Shown: positions 9,194-18,438, numbered from the stretch's first letter. The stretch is DNA of 64,000 nucleotides from a bacterium (GCA_018672055.1 JABHGM010000001.1:264884-328883); one strand, 5' to 3'. The notes: a model not told the origin generated them from the sequence alone. Translations and numbers: made by a program.

Positions 9194-10135
9194 CTATTTC
9201 TTTTTTGGTTTTATGTCTCTTATAATTTTTTTCAAATCAATATTTTTAGTTTTATTAACTGTTACAGGATTGATTAATTTAATAGCATCTTTTGAACTAC
9301 TAGGGAAAAACCATTTTTTAAGTTCTTTCTTAAATCCTAAATCAGCTATTACTTTGGTTAAATCTTTTGTATAATCTTTTTCTTGCTTAGCGATTTCTTT
9401 CCTTCTAACCTTTTTATTTGCATGTTCGAAAATATATTCAAATGCTTGCTGATTTGGGCTATCGAAATTTGGTCTTGATAGTAAAATCCCATTTATTCTT
9501 ATTTCTTGATTTAACTCATCATAATCAACCTCAACCTTAAGAGATTCTTTATGTATGATACTGGAAATTTTTGCATTAAGTTTAGTATTTACGTCTTTTT
9601 TTTCGATTAACGATTTTATTTTTTCGAATAATAAATTCTTTGATTGTACTTGAAAGTCAACATTTATTTCATACAGTAATTCGTCTGTTGGTACTATCTT
9701 ATATTTTTTTACATTTTCTATAAGTGATTTCACGAGTATTTCAGTTTTAGCAGGATTAGCAATGCCAGACATTATTTTTTTTAGCTTTGATATTTTATTA
9801 CTTTTGCCACGGGATATTATTTTTTCTTCTGATAATTCTGTAAGAATAGAGTCAAATAAATTTCTATTAATCACAAATTGTGTATTGTTTATTCTAAAAA
9901 AGTTAGATAAGGAATGTCCTTTTACTATTCCAAGTTTATTAAGTGTAACTGACTTTGTAGGATAGTTGTCATTTATTTCATTAATTTTACTTAGTATATG
10001 ATGAATAGCTTCATCTTTAGATTTAGATGAGAAGTAAAATAAACCTCCTTGTTCAAGTATTTTAATATGTTGGTTAACAACATCCTCGTTCGCCTTAGTT
10101 TGTGTATTTTTATTTACCATACATATACTGTACAT
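9194..10135 (-). CDS. hypothetical protein (313 aa, Lys-rich)
   Basis: ORF track; terminator hairpin AAGATTACGGGCGTAATCTT just downstream on minus strand. Confidence 0.5.
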   Translation of the reverse strand: MYSICMVNKNTQTKANEDVVNQHIKILEQGGLFYFSSKSKDEAIHHILSKINEINDNYPTKSVTLNKLGIVKGHSLSNFFRINNTQFVINRNLFDSILTELSEEKIISRGKSNKISKLKKIMSGIANPAKTEILVKSLIENVKKYKIVPTDELLYEINVDFQVQSKNLLFEKIKSLIEKKDVNTKLNAKISSIIHKESLKVEVDYDELNQEIRINGILLSRPNFDSPNQQAFEYIFEHANKKVRRKEIAKQEKDYTKDLTKVIADLGFKKELKKWFFPSSSKDAIKLINPVTVNKTKNIDLKKIIRDIKPKKK

Positions 10136-10584
10136 TTTTGTCTTAATTTAGGCAATATGTACGCGTGCAAGTCTACTATCAAAAACAATATTATCATATT
10201 TTACTGGTTAAAATGTATGTGTATCAGATAAAATCATTAGTTTTTTATAACAATAAAACTAGACATAAGTGCTAATTTTAAGACAAAAGAGTTTAAAACT
10301 GCTGTAAAGTATAGACAAAATATTGGTATAGTGTTGTGACTATGTAGTACCTTACCATAGTGGAAATTAGGATGTGGTTCTACCCCCCCCCTCTAATTCA
10401 TTTATTTAAAGATTGCGAAATTTAATAGTTAATAGTAATATAAAATAGAAGACAAATTGACAAGATAATAAGACTACATGGCTTATTTGTCGAGTCCAAA
10501 GTATTTATCACAATAATGATTAGGGGGGGATTGATGAAAATCATATATTGTGTAATAATTTAATTTATTAAACTTATTAAAAAT

Positions 10585-11319
10585 ATGAGTGATTACACTA
10601 AAAATTTTTTAACAGACGTTATTTTTAAAGTAGATTTCCCAGTTATTTTAGATTTACAAGATAGTCCGCCAAAGGAGTTTCAAAATGCAATCAAAGAAGA
10701 ATACCCTATTTTAGAGCCGTTTCAACAATTTAGTTTTATGATGGATAAGGAGTCAGAAGAACCCCCTCAGAATCTTAACAGAACTATATGGAAGTTTATG
10801 TCAAAAGATAAAAATAGGTCTATTGAACTTAGCTATCAGTCTTTAATAATAGTTTTTAAAGATTATCAAAGTTATGAAGATTTTAGAGAAATCATAGAAA
10901 AGATAATGGCTATATTTAATGAATTATATAAGAATGTTATAGTAGATAGAATAGGCTTACGATACATTAATCAAATAGAGTTGGAAGAAGAAGATATTTT
11001 TAATTGGGGTGATTATATTAATGACTGTTTGATATCTAATATAGATTTCTTAGAAAACAAAAATCAGATTAAAAGAACCATAGACATATTGGAGCTATCT
11101 TTAGATGATGAAGTTACACTAAATTTCCGATGGGGAATATATAATAGTTTATATCCTAGTGAAGTATCAAAGAAAGAATTCCTTCTAGACTTTGATTGTT
11201 TTACTCGTGTACAGATTGAAAGTGACCAGGTTATTGGAAAATTAGATATTTTTAATAGTATCATAACAGGATATTTTGAGAAAAGCATAGAAGATAAGTT
11301 TAGAGAATTATTAAGATAA
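10585..11319 (+). CDS. uncharacterised protein, resembles the sporadically distributed TIGR04255 family (RIGLRYIN motif)
   Basis: 244 aa; motif ...VDRIGLRYINQIEL... recalled from TIGR04255-type proteins; first gene of a 3-gene co-directional module. Confidence 0.5.
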   Translation: MSDYTKNFLTDVIFKVDFPVILDLQDSPPKEFQNAIKEEYPILEPFQQFSFMMDKESEEPPQNLNRTIWKFMSKDKNRSIELSYQSLIIVFKDYQSYEDFREIIEKIMAIFNELYKNVIVDRIGLRYINQIELEEEDIFNWGDYINDCLISNIDFLENKNQIKRTIDILELSLDDEVTLNFRWGIYNSLYPSEVSKKEFLLDFDCFTRVQIESDQVIGKLDIFNSIITGYFEKSIEDKFRELLR

Positions 11320-11329
11320 TTAAAAAAAT

Positions 11330-11536
11330 ATGTTTAATGGAAATATAAAACTTTCGTCTGCAGAAGAACTTTCGGATTTATCAAAAATCGAAAAGACTGA
11401 ACCAAGCAAAAGAAACACCAATGAATCAAATGATAATGAACTCTCTAGAGATTATGATGTGGTAGGCAGGGAAGAACTAAAATACTATAAATCTAAATCA
11501 TTAAAAGCCAGCCGAATCGTTATAAAACTAGATTAG
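11330..11536 (+). CDS. small hypothetical protein
   Basis: ORF track 68 aa; 10-nt gap from upstream gene, 4-nt gap to downstream gene. Confidence 0.4.
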   Translation: MFNGNIKLSSAEELSDLSKIEKTEPSKRNTNESNDNELSRDYDVVGREELKYYKSKSLKASRIVIKLD

Positions 11537-11540
11537 TGTT

Positions 11541-12113
11541 ATGTTTATAAAGTCCAATAGCGAGAGAATATGTCAAGGGGATATTTTAGAAGATATTGAG
11601 TATTTGTCTCCTATAAGAAATAAAAATGATATTATAATAAATAAATTCATATTACCTTACATAGTAGTTTTGACTCAAGATTGCGATTTGAAGCAAGATT
11701 ATGGAACAAGAAACGATACCACTAGTCAAGATAATGATAAGTTTCTTAAATCATTATTAGTTTGTCCTGGTTATATAGCTAAACAAGTCAAACAAGGCAC
11801 ACATCTGGAAAGTCTGAATTTAAAAATGGGCTATTTAGGGAGTGATATCTGGAAGAGAGTAACTAGAAATGAAGACAAAAGGTATCATTACTTAGAAGGT
11901 AGGAAAAAAGTTGGCGAAGAATTAGTCGATATAGAAGATATAGTCTTAGATTTTAAGCATTATTATACTATACCTTGGGAAACTATGTATGAGCATCATA
12001 AAGATAAATATTTGATATCTTTAGATAAATTATATAGGGAAGATTTATCGCATCGTTTCTCACATTTTTTATCTAGAATTGGATTGCCTGATTTGAAGAC
12101 TAAAGATGAATAA
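11541..12113 (+). CDS. hypothetical protein, third gene of module (acidic motifs QGDIL...VLTQDCDL)
   Basis: ORF track 190 aa; no family recognised by eye. Confidence 0.45.
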   Translation: MFIKSNSERICQGDILEDIEYLSPIRNKNDIIINKFILPYIVVLTQDCDLKQDYGTRNDTTSQDNDKFLKSLLVCPGYIAKQVKQGTHLESLNLKMGYLGSDIWKRVTRNEDKRYHYLEGRKKVGEELVDIEDIVLDFKHYYTIPWETMYEHHKDKYLISLDKLYREDLSHRFSHFLSRIGLPDLKTKDE

Positions 12114-12328
12114 TGATAAAGAAGAAATCAGTAATTTTTTAAATATATGACATCAAAACTGTTTGCATATTTAGGATTAGGTATAATTGTTTATGTTATT
12201 GCTTGTTTTGTTACACAAACTTGGTTGGGCTTAGGCGGTTTTTTAGGAACTTTGTTTGTGGCAGGAATTATCTCTTTTCTTGTAGAAGAAACCGAGAAAA
12301 ATTAGATATTAAGTATTGCAACTAATCA

Positions 12329-12400
12329 ATTTAGTTCGAACATCCTCTACGAAGGGACCCCAAATTACCATCTATATTTATAGGTGGTTTTTTGATATAC
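12329..12400 (+). repeat. intergenic repeat unit R1 (core TTAGTTCGAACATCCTCTACGAAGGGACCCCA + hairpin type a + T-run)
   Basis: Seen directly; hairpin CCATCTATATTTATAGGTGG followed by TTTTTTGATATACT, 28 nt before start of next gene. Confidence 0.85.
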
Positions 12401-12427
12401 TTAATTTATATTATTAAATAAAAATTT

Positions 12428-13486
12428 ATGAAGAAAGTAATTATTTTTGTCTTAGCCTTAACTTTGTTATTAGGTAATTTTAGTTATGTTAAAGCGGAAG
12501 ACTTAGGTCAAAAATTAAAAGGTAGAATCCTTTTACAAGTAGAATCACGTGGTGAAGCTTGGTATGTTAATCCAGAGGATGGTACTAGAATGTATATGAA
12601 GGATGGTAATACAGCTTATTCAATGATGAGAAATTTAGGTCTAGGTATTACTAATGCTAATTTAGAGAAAATACCTATTGGTTTAGAAGAAAGATTTGAA
12701 GAATTGGATTCAGATAACGATGGTTTAAGTGATAAATTAGAAGAAGCTTTAGGTTCAGATAAATACGATACTGATACCGATAATGATGGATATTTGGACG
12801 GTGATGAGGTTAAAAATGGGTATGACGTATTAAGTAGTAACATCACTAAATTAAGTTATGATAATAATTTAGTGAATAACTTGAAAGGAAAAATACTCCT
12901 GCAGGTAGAATCACGTGGTGAAGCATGGTATGTTCACCCTGTTGATGGTAAAAGATATTATATGACAGATGGACCTGCTGCTTATCAAATAATGAGATAT
13001 TTGAGTTTAGGTATTACAAATAGCGATTTAAGAACAATAAGCTATAATAGAGAATATACTAATTGGTCAACATATTCTGACGAAAACTATAATTTTATAA
13101 TTAACTATCCTGAGGATTGGGAATTTTCAGAAATAGAGCTACATTACCAAGATAACTCAAGTCCATATATGATAGGTCTTAGACCTACTACCGTTGTCCA
13201 CGATTTTCAGTGGGGAGTTAATGTTTATGATAAAAATTATGTAGACATTCAAGAAGTAGCTGGCATGGGTGGAACTCAGTTTGAGGATAGAATAGTAAAA
13301 GAAAATGAGCTAATGGTTGGCGGTTTGCCAGCTTTAAGATACATTGTAACAACTGAAAGCATTCCAGATTGGTATTCTGAACAGATAGTTATTGAGGATG
13401 AGGATTATATATATACTATAGGTAATGGTGCTGTTGAAGATGATTTATTTACTGATTTTTATAATAGTTTTAGAATTCAGAAATAA
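12428..13486 (+). CDS. secreted protein with signal peptide, two copies of a ~55-aa internal repeat and Asp-rich Ca-binding-like linker
   Basis: MKKVIIFVLALTLLLGNFSYVKA signal; repeats KGRILLQVESRGEAWYVNPEDGTRMYMKDG... / KGKILLQVESRGEAWYVHPVDGKRYYMTDG...; DSDNDGLSD...DTDTDNDGYLDGDE. Confidence 0.6.
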   Translation: MKKVIIFVLALTLLLGNFSYVKAEDLGQKLKGRILLQVESRGEAWYVNPEDGTRMYMKDGNTAYSMMRNLGLGITNANLEKIPIGLEERFEELDSDNDGLSDKLEEALGSDKYDTDTDNDGYLDGDEVKNGYDVLSSNITKLSYDNNLVNNLKGKILLQVESRGEAWYVHPVDGKRYYMTDGPAAYQIMRYLSLGITNSDLRTISYNREYTNWSTYSDENYNFIINYPEDWEFSEIELHYQDNSSPYMIGLRPTTVVHDFQWGVNVYDKNYVDIQEVAGMGGTQFEDRIVKENELMVGGLPALRYIVTTESIPDWYSEQIVIEDEDYIYTIGNGAVEDDLFTDFYNSFRIQK

Positions 13487-13498
13487 TAACTCATCAAC

Positions 13499-13569
13499 TT
13501 AGTTCGAACATCGTCTACGAAGGGACCCCAAATTACCATCTATGTGTATAGGTGGTTTTTTGATATACT
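13499..13569 (+). repeat. intergenic repeat unit R2 (core with CATCGTC variant + hairpin type a)
   Basis: Seen directly; begins 12 nt after stop of upstream gene. Confidence 0.85.
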
Positions 13570-13597
13570 AAATACATATTATTAAACATTAAATTAT

Positions 13598-14131
13598 ATG
13601 AAAAAATCAGTTAAGTATTTATTAACATTTTTTGGCTTTTTATTAATAGTAGTTACCATTTTTTATTTATATGATATATTAAATGTTGACAACTATAAGG
13701 AGTTTACAAAAGAATTTCAACTAAAAAATTCTCCTTATAATAAATTATGTACAGAATTGAATAGAAAAGAATGTACTGATAATGAAAAATGCATTGTTTT
13801 TTCTACATCGAGTGATAAATATACCATGGATGTAGTATTTGATGGGTGTTATGGGTTAACTGATGAACAGATTGAAAAGCATAGAGAGAACAAGAAATTA
13901 TGTTCTACAGAAAATGGTAATTGGTTGGACTCTCGAGAATGTATCTGCAAAAATGATTCCATAAATAGCATGTACCAGATTTTTAGGGAAGGTTATGGTT
14001 GTATTGATTTTGATAAAGAATGTGAATTGGCTGGAGGAACTTGGTCTAAAAATAGTGCAATGTATTCGTCTAACCGAAACTGTATTTGCTCTAATGGAGA
14101 GCCATACTCTTATAAAACTAGGTGTGAATAA
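13598..14131 (+). CDS. secreted/membrane-anchored Cys-rich protein
   Basis: N-terminal hydrophobic anchor; 14 Cys in mature part (CTELNRKECTDNEKC...). Confidence 0.5.
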   Translation: MKKSVKYLLTFFGFLLIVVTIFYLYDILNVDNYKEFTKEFQLKNSPYNKLCTELNRKECTDNEKCIVFSTSSDKYTMDVVFDGCYGLTDEQIEKHRENKKLCSTENGNWLDSRECICKNDSINSMYQIFREGYGCIDFDKECELAGGTWSKNSAMYSSNRNCICSNGEPYSYKTRCE

Positions 14132-14183
14132 TTATATTGGTAATTTATTAAACTCTACTGATTATAACTCATAACTTATCAAC

Positions 14184-14250
14184 TTAGTTCGAACATCCTC
14201 TACGAAGGGACCCCACAGAAATCTCTCCTGAAATATGGAGGGATTTTTGT
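14184..14250 (+). repeat. intergenic repeat unit R3 (core + hairpin type b ATCTCTCCTGAAATATGGAGGGAT + T-run)
   Basis: Seen directly; followed by a second hairpin (AGCCTATTAAAATTATAGGCT) serving the convergent minus-strand gene. Confidence 0.85.
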
Positions 14251-14309
14251 ATAAAAAAGCCTATTAAAATTATAGGCTCTTTGTTTTAATAAATTTATTA
14301 TTTAACGAA

Positions 14310-15995
14310 TTAGTTAATTATTTCCATAAATTTAAAGAAGTTTTCAGATACAGGTCTTGAATAAAGAATTTCTTCATTTTCTAAATTTATAATTGAAGTA
14401 GTTCTACTACCGTCTAGTATTAAGTGGTCGTCATCAGTCCATGATAATGTAAACGATTCAGGTATAGTTGCAATATTTGATATTTCTGAAGTCTCTAAAT
14501 TAAAACTATATAAGTAATTTTGTTTTATATAGTATATTGAATCATCGTTTCTTGAGAAAATTGGTGATTTAATACTTGTACCATTGTCTAGTTCTTTATA
14601 ATTACTACCATCTATATCAGATATACTTAGATGATAATTATTATTATCTTTAAAAGTGAATATCACTTTGTCACCAGAAGATGAGAAGTTAACATCATAA
14701 AAACTCATGCCTCCTAAATTAAATGTTTCAGCAATGTTTTGTGAATTTTTTATATTGTCAGATATAATCCAAAGTCCTACGCCACTATAACCTCCATCAT
14801 TAGCCTTTGCTAAAGTGTTACCTATAGGGCTCCAGGTTACTGTTTTTAAACCATTACCCAATCTTAAATTAGTATATTCATTATTCTTAATATTAATAAC
14901 GCCTATGAATGAACCTTCATGTAGAGATTGACTAAAGCTAATATACTGGCTATCAGATGACCATTTTGGATGAAATAAATGATAAGCTTCTAAGTCTGTA
15001 ATTGACCAACTAGGCATTCCAGGATAATTATCATCTATTTTACTTATTATTGTTGTTGTATTTTTATTTAATAAATCGTAAATTTTTAGACCTTCTTGGT
15101 CAATAAAGGCTAAAGAATTATTGTCAGGAGATAAGGATATACTAGGTTTAGATTTTGTCCACCAACTACCACTTGATTCTGCTTTCTTAAATTCATTATA
15201 TTCTAAAATTATTTCTTGAGAATCAGTTTGTAGACTTTTTTTATATACAGTTACAGTGAAGTCTTTTTTTGTTGCGTATAATAAATTGTTTTTTTCTAGC
15301 GAAACATTACTTTTAGATTCTTGGTCAGATAGATTAATTATCCAATCAGAACTTAATGTTTCTTGATTTCCAAGAAATCGGAAGGTTGAAGCTGTTTGTT
15401 TAAATAGATCGAAATCAAAATTATTATCTTCTAGATTTAATCTAATACCTCTATATTTTGTATCTTTTGATTTTGGTTCAAAATATGCCAGTGTGCTAAT
15501 TACTGTCTCATCTTGAGTATATATCTCATTTGGAGTATAAGTTCTTTTACATTTTGATATATAGCCTAGTGTTGTATTATTATCAACTAATTTCTCAAAT
15601 AAAATATTTGTACCTCCTACCATACCACCTGATAAGCATTCGTTATGAATGTAATCTTCAAGAGATTGTTTTGAGGTTTCAATTGGTGCTGTAGTACCTA
15701 TATGAAATAAAGTGTTATTATCACCTTCTATTTTATTCATAAAGTGTGTACCACCATCGATGCCAGTATCAACATAAAACCATTCAGTAGGATAATCAAT
15801 TTGGAAATTATATTTATAATTTATGTAAGTTTTCAAGTTTTCATCAATTACCTTATTTTCAGATGATTTATTATCTGATTGTTCGGTATGAGTTATTTCA
15901 TTATTTTGATTAGTAATCTCTTCTTTAGATTGTTTTAGAATACAACCAGTTGAGATTATGACTATTACAATTAAGATAATAATAATTTTTTTCAT
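14310..15995 (-). CDS. lipoprotein with TolB-like/PD40 beta-propeller repeats
   Basis: Lipobox ...ISTGC; repeated W-S-x-D/N motifs (WSSDSQYISF, WSPIGNTLA, SPDNNSLAF) typical of beta-propeller blades. Confidence 0.55.
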   Translation of the reverse strand: MKKIIIILIVIVIISTGCILKQSKEEITNQNNEITHTEQSDNKSSENKVIDENLKTYINYKYNFQIDYPTEWFYVDTGIDGGTHFMNKIEGDNNTLFHIGTTAPIETSKQSLEDYIHNECLSGGMVGGTNILFEKLVDNNTTLGYISKCKRTYTPNEIYTQDETVISTLAYFEPKSKDTKYRGIRLNLEDNNFDFDLFKQTASTFRFLGNQETLSSDWIINLSDQESKSNVSLEKNNLLYATKKDFTVTVYKKSLQTDSQEIILEYNEFKKAESSGSWWTKSKPSISLSPDNNSLAFIDQEGLKIYDLLNKNTTTIISKIDDNYPGMPSWSITDLEAYHLFHPKWSSDSQYISFSQSLHEGSFIGVINIKNNEYTNLRLGNGLKTVTWSPIGNTLAKANDGGYSGVGLWIISDNIKNSQNIAETFNLGGMSFYDVNFSSSGDKVIFTFKDNNNYHLSISDIDGSNYKELDNGTSIKSPIFSRNDDSIYYIKQNYLYSFNLETSEISNIATIPESFTLSWTDDDHLILDGSRTTSIINLENEEILYSRPVSENFFKFMEIIN

Positions 15996-16050
15996 ATGTT
16001 TAGTATAAATATTAAGCTCTCTTTGCTTCGAACTTAGCAGATTAATTAAG

Positions 16051-16157
16051 TTTTGTCAATCCTAGCTCATATTGTATTAACTTAGTTCGAACATCGTCTA
16101 CGAAGGGACCCCAAATTACCATCTATGTATATAGGTGGTTTTTTGATATACTTAAAT
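16051..16157 (+). repeat. intergenic repeat unit R4 (TTTTGTCAAT -35-like box + core + hairpin type a)
   Basis: Seen directly; upstream part TTTTGTCAATCCTAGCTCATATTGTATTAAC aligns with R7. Confidence 0.85.
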
Positions 16158-16173
16158 TAATTATTAATAAAAT

Positions 16174-16593
16174 ATGGATAATCTAAAAACAATATTAAAG
16201 AATTATATAATCTCCTATTTATTTTTTTATATTCTTACTCTTATTATAATTTATTTTTATTTATTTTCTGTATTTTCAGATGTTATACCAGAAATGGATT
16301 TTTCAAGTTATATGATGTTCAATCTACTTGGGGGCATTATAGCAGTAACAGTATATATTTTAATTCATTCATTATTATCGATAAAATTTAAAGATATTTT
16401 CGATATGAAGAAAAATATATTACTTGTTTTAGTTCCCGTAATTGCATATCAGATTGTTGAGAATTATAATTTTAAATGGTTTAATCTTGATTTGCCTTTG
16501 CATTATTATTACTACATAAATTATGCAATGTGGTGCATAGTTTTTCTCATTCTTTATAATTTTGTTAAAAATAAAGTTATTATAAAGATATAA
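16174..16593 (+). CDS. membrane protein (4 TM)
   Basis: ORF track 139 aa, strongly hydrophobic. Confidence 0.45.
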   Translation: MDNLKTILKNYIISYLFFYILTLIIIYFYLFSVFSDVIPEMDFSSYMMFNLLGGIIAVTVYILIHSLLSIKFKDIFDMKKNILLVLVPVIAYQIVENYNFKWFNLDLPLHYYYYINYAMWCIVFLILYNFVKNKVIIKI

Positions 16594-16621
16594 AAATATC
16601 TAGAACAACATCAGAAAATCT

Positions 16622-16840
16622 ATGAAAAAGATAAAAAATATTAATATTTCCTGGGAACTTCTACTAATAATAAACCTTTTGTTTATTATTAGTATAATCT
16701 TTTTTATAGGAGAAGCTACTACTTATTTTAATAAAAGGACTTATTATACAATAGCCCAAGTAATACAATTAGGCTCTTTTTTCTCAACAATATTATTTTT
16801 ATATTTTTTCAATAAATATTTTAGAAAAAAAATTAAATAA
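16622..16840 (+). CDS. small membrane protein
   Basis: ORF track 72 aa. Confidence 0.4.
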   Translation: MKKIKNINISWELLLIINLLFIISIIFFIGEATTYFNKRTYYTIAQVIQLGSFFSTILFLYFFNKYFRKKIK

Positions 16841-16860
16841 TTCAACAATTTCAATATCAA

Positions 16861-16927
16861 TGGTTCTGAACTCATCCCGTAGGGGACCCCACAAAGACAT
16901 CTTCCTTAATTGGGAGGTGTTTTTTTT
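16861..16927 (+). repeat. intergenic repeat unit R5 (diverged core TCTGAACTCATCCCGTAGGGGACCCCA + hairpin + T8)
   Basis: Seen directly; homologous but diverged from the R1 core. Confidence 0.7.
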
Positions 16928-16986
16928 GTGTATGGTTGACATAAACAATAATAAAGTATAAAATACTTTTTTATTTAATTAAAATT

Positions 16987-18438
16987 ATGTCTGAAGAAGT
17001 AATATTAAGATTTAACAAAGTTGATTTTGAATATGAGCATAAAAAACCGATTTTACATCAGGCTAGCTTTAGTATTCGTCAGGGAGCTAAATTTACTTTA
17101 ATGGGTCAAAATGGAGCTGGTAAAAGTACTATCTTTAGTTTAATTAAAGGCAAACTTAAAGCCGATAGTGGTATGATTTCAGTGACAGGCAATGCTTCTA
17201 TTGGTATAGCTAATCAAGTAATAAGTCGTGCTGATTATCCTTTAACTTTGGAAGAGTATTTTGCCAAAGCTTTTAATTCAATACCTGGTGATTTAAAGAG
17301 TAGGATTGCTAAAGTAATGGATGCTGTTAATTTAGAAATACCTTTCGAAAGAATAATTGGAGAATTATCTGGCGGACAACAAGCTAGAATTTTGTTAGCT
17401 TACGCTTTAATTCAGAATCCAGATGTTTTATTACTGGATGAACCAACAAATAATTTAGACAGAGCTGGCATAGATCATTTAATTGGTTTCTTATTAAGTT
17501 ACTCTAAGACAGTCTTAGTAATTTCACACGATGCTGACTTTTTAAACTTATTTACAGAAGGAGTTATTTATTTAAATAATTTTAATCATGAAACTGAAAT
17601 GTATGTTGGAGATTACTACTCAGTAGTAGATGAAATTAAGGCTAGAGTTGATAGAGAAGAAAAACTTAATGCACAATTAGAGAAGAAAATCCGTGATCGT
17701 AAAGATAAGGTAAACTTCTTTGCTAATAAAGGTGGTAAAATGAGGCAGCTTGCTAAGAAGTTAAAAGAAGAAACTAAGGTAATGGAAGAAAACAAAGTTG
17801 AGGTTAGAAAAGAAGATAAGGTCATTAGAAATTTTAATATACCTGCACAAGATATTACTGGCACTATTGTTAATTTAACAAAGATAAAAATTATAGCAGA
17901 TCATCAACCTATTATAAAAAAGGTAGATATTGAATTAAAGAGAAGAAGTAGAATGTTAATAGTTGGTCCTAATGGTATTGGCAAGAGTACATTATTACGC
18001 AATCTATTAGCTCAAAAAGAAGATGGGTTAATTATCTCTCCTGATGTTGTTGTTGGCTATTACAGTCAAGATTTTGCATCATTAGATTTTGATCAAAAGG
18101 TTTTTGATTCTTTAAAAGAAGCTAGTTTAAATTCTACTGATGAGCAAGTTATTCGTTCTGTTGCAGCAAAGTTTTTACTAACCAGTGATTTAATGGATAA
18201 GCTAATTTCTGCTTTATCAGAAGGACAAAAAGGTTTACTTTCTTTAGCTAGATTAGTATTGATGAAACCCGGCCTATTGATTTTAGATGAACCAACTAAT
18301 CATATTAACTTCAGACATTTACCAATAATAATTGAAGCTTTAAATAGCTATGATGGAGCTTTGATGATGGTTAGTCATATGCCAGAGTTTGTAGAGAAGA
18401 TTGAATTTAATCAACAACTAGATTTAAGTAAGCTTTAA
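16987..18438 (+). CDS. ABC-F family ATPase (tandem ABC domains, no transmembrane domain)
   Basis: Two Walker A (GQNGAGKST, GPNGIGKST), two signature motifs (LSGGQQ, LSEGQKG), Walker B LLLDEPTN/LILDEPTN, charged inter-domain linker. Confidence 0.85.
   Translation: MSEEVILRFNKVDFEYEHKKPILHQASFSIRQGAKFTLMGQNGAGKSTIFSLIKGKLKADSGMISVTGNASIGIANQVISRADYPLTLEEYFAKAFNSIPGDLKSRIAKVMDAVNLEIPFERIIGELSGGQQARILLAYALIQNPDVLLLDEPTNNLDRAGIDHLIGFLLSYSKTVLVISHDADFLNLFTEGVIYLNNFNHETEMYVGDYYSVVDEIKARVDREEKLNAQLEKKIRDRKDKVNFFANKGGKMRQLAKKLKEETKVMEENKVEVRKEDKVIRNFNIPAQDITGTIVNLTKIKIIADHQPIIKKVDIELKRRSRMLIVGPNGIGKSTLLRNLLAQKEDGLIISPDVVVGYYSQDFASLDFDQKVFDSLKEASLNSTDEQVIRSVAAKFLLTSDLMDKLISALSEGQKGLLSLARLVLMKPGLLILDEPTNHINFRHLPIIIEALNSYDGALMMVSHMPEFVEKIEFNQQLDLSKL

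Noticed and set aside
9150-10231. ORFs 9150..9374 (+), 9762..9965 (+) and 10049..10231 (+)
   Set aside because: They are antisense to, or overlap the ends of, the 313-aa minus-strand gene and are low-complexity.
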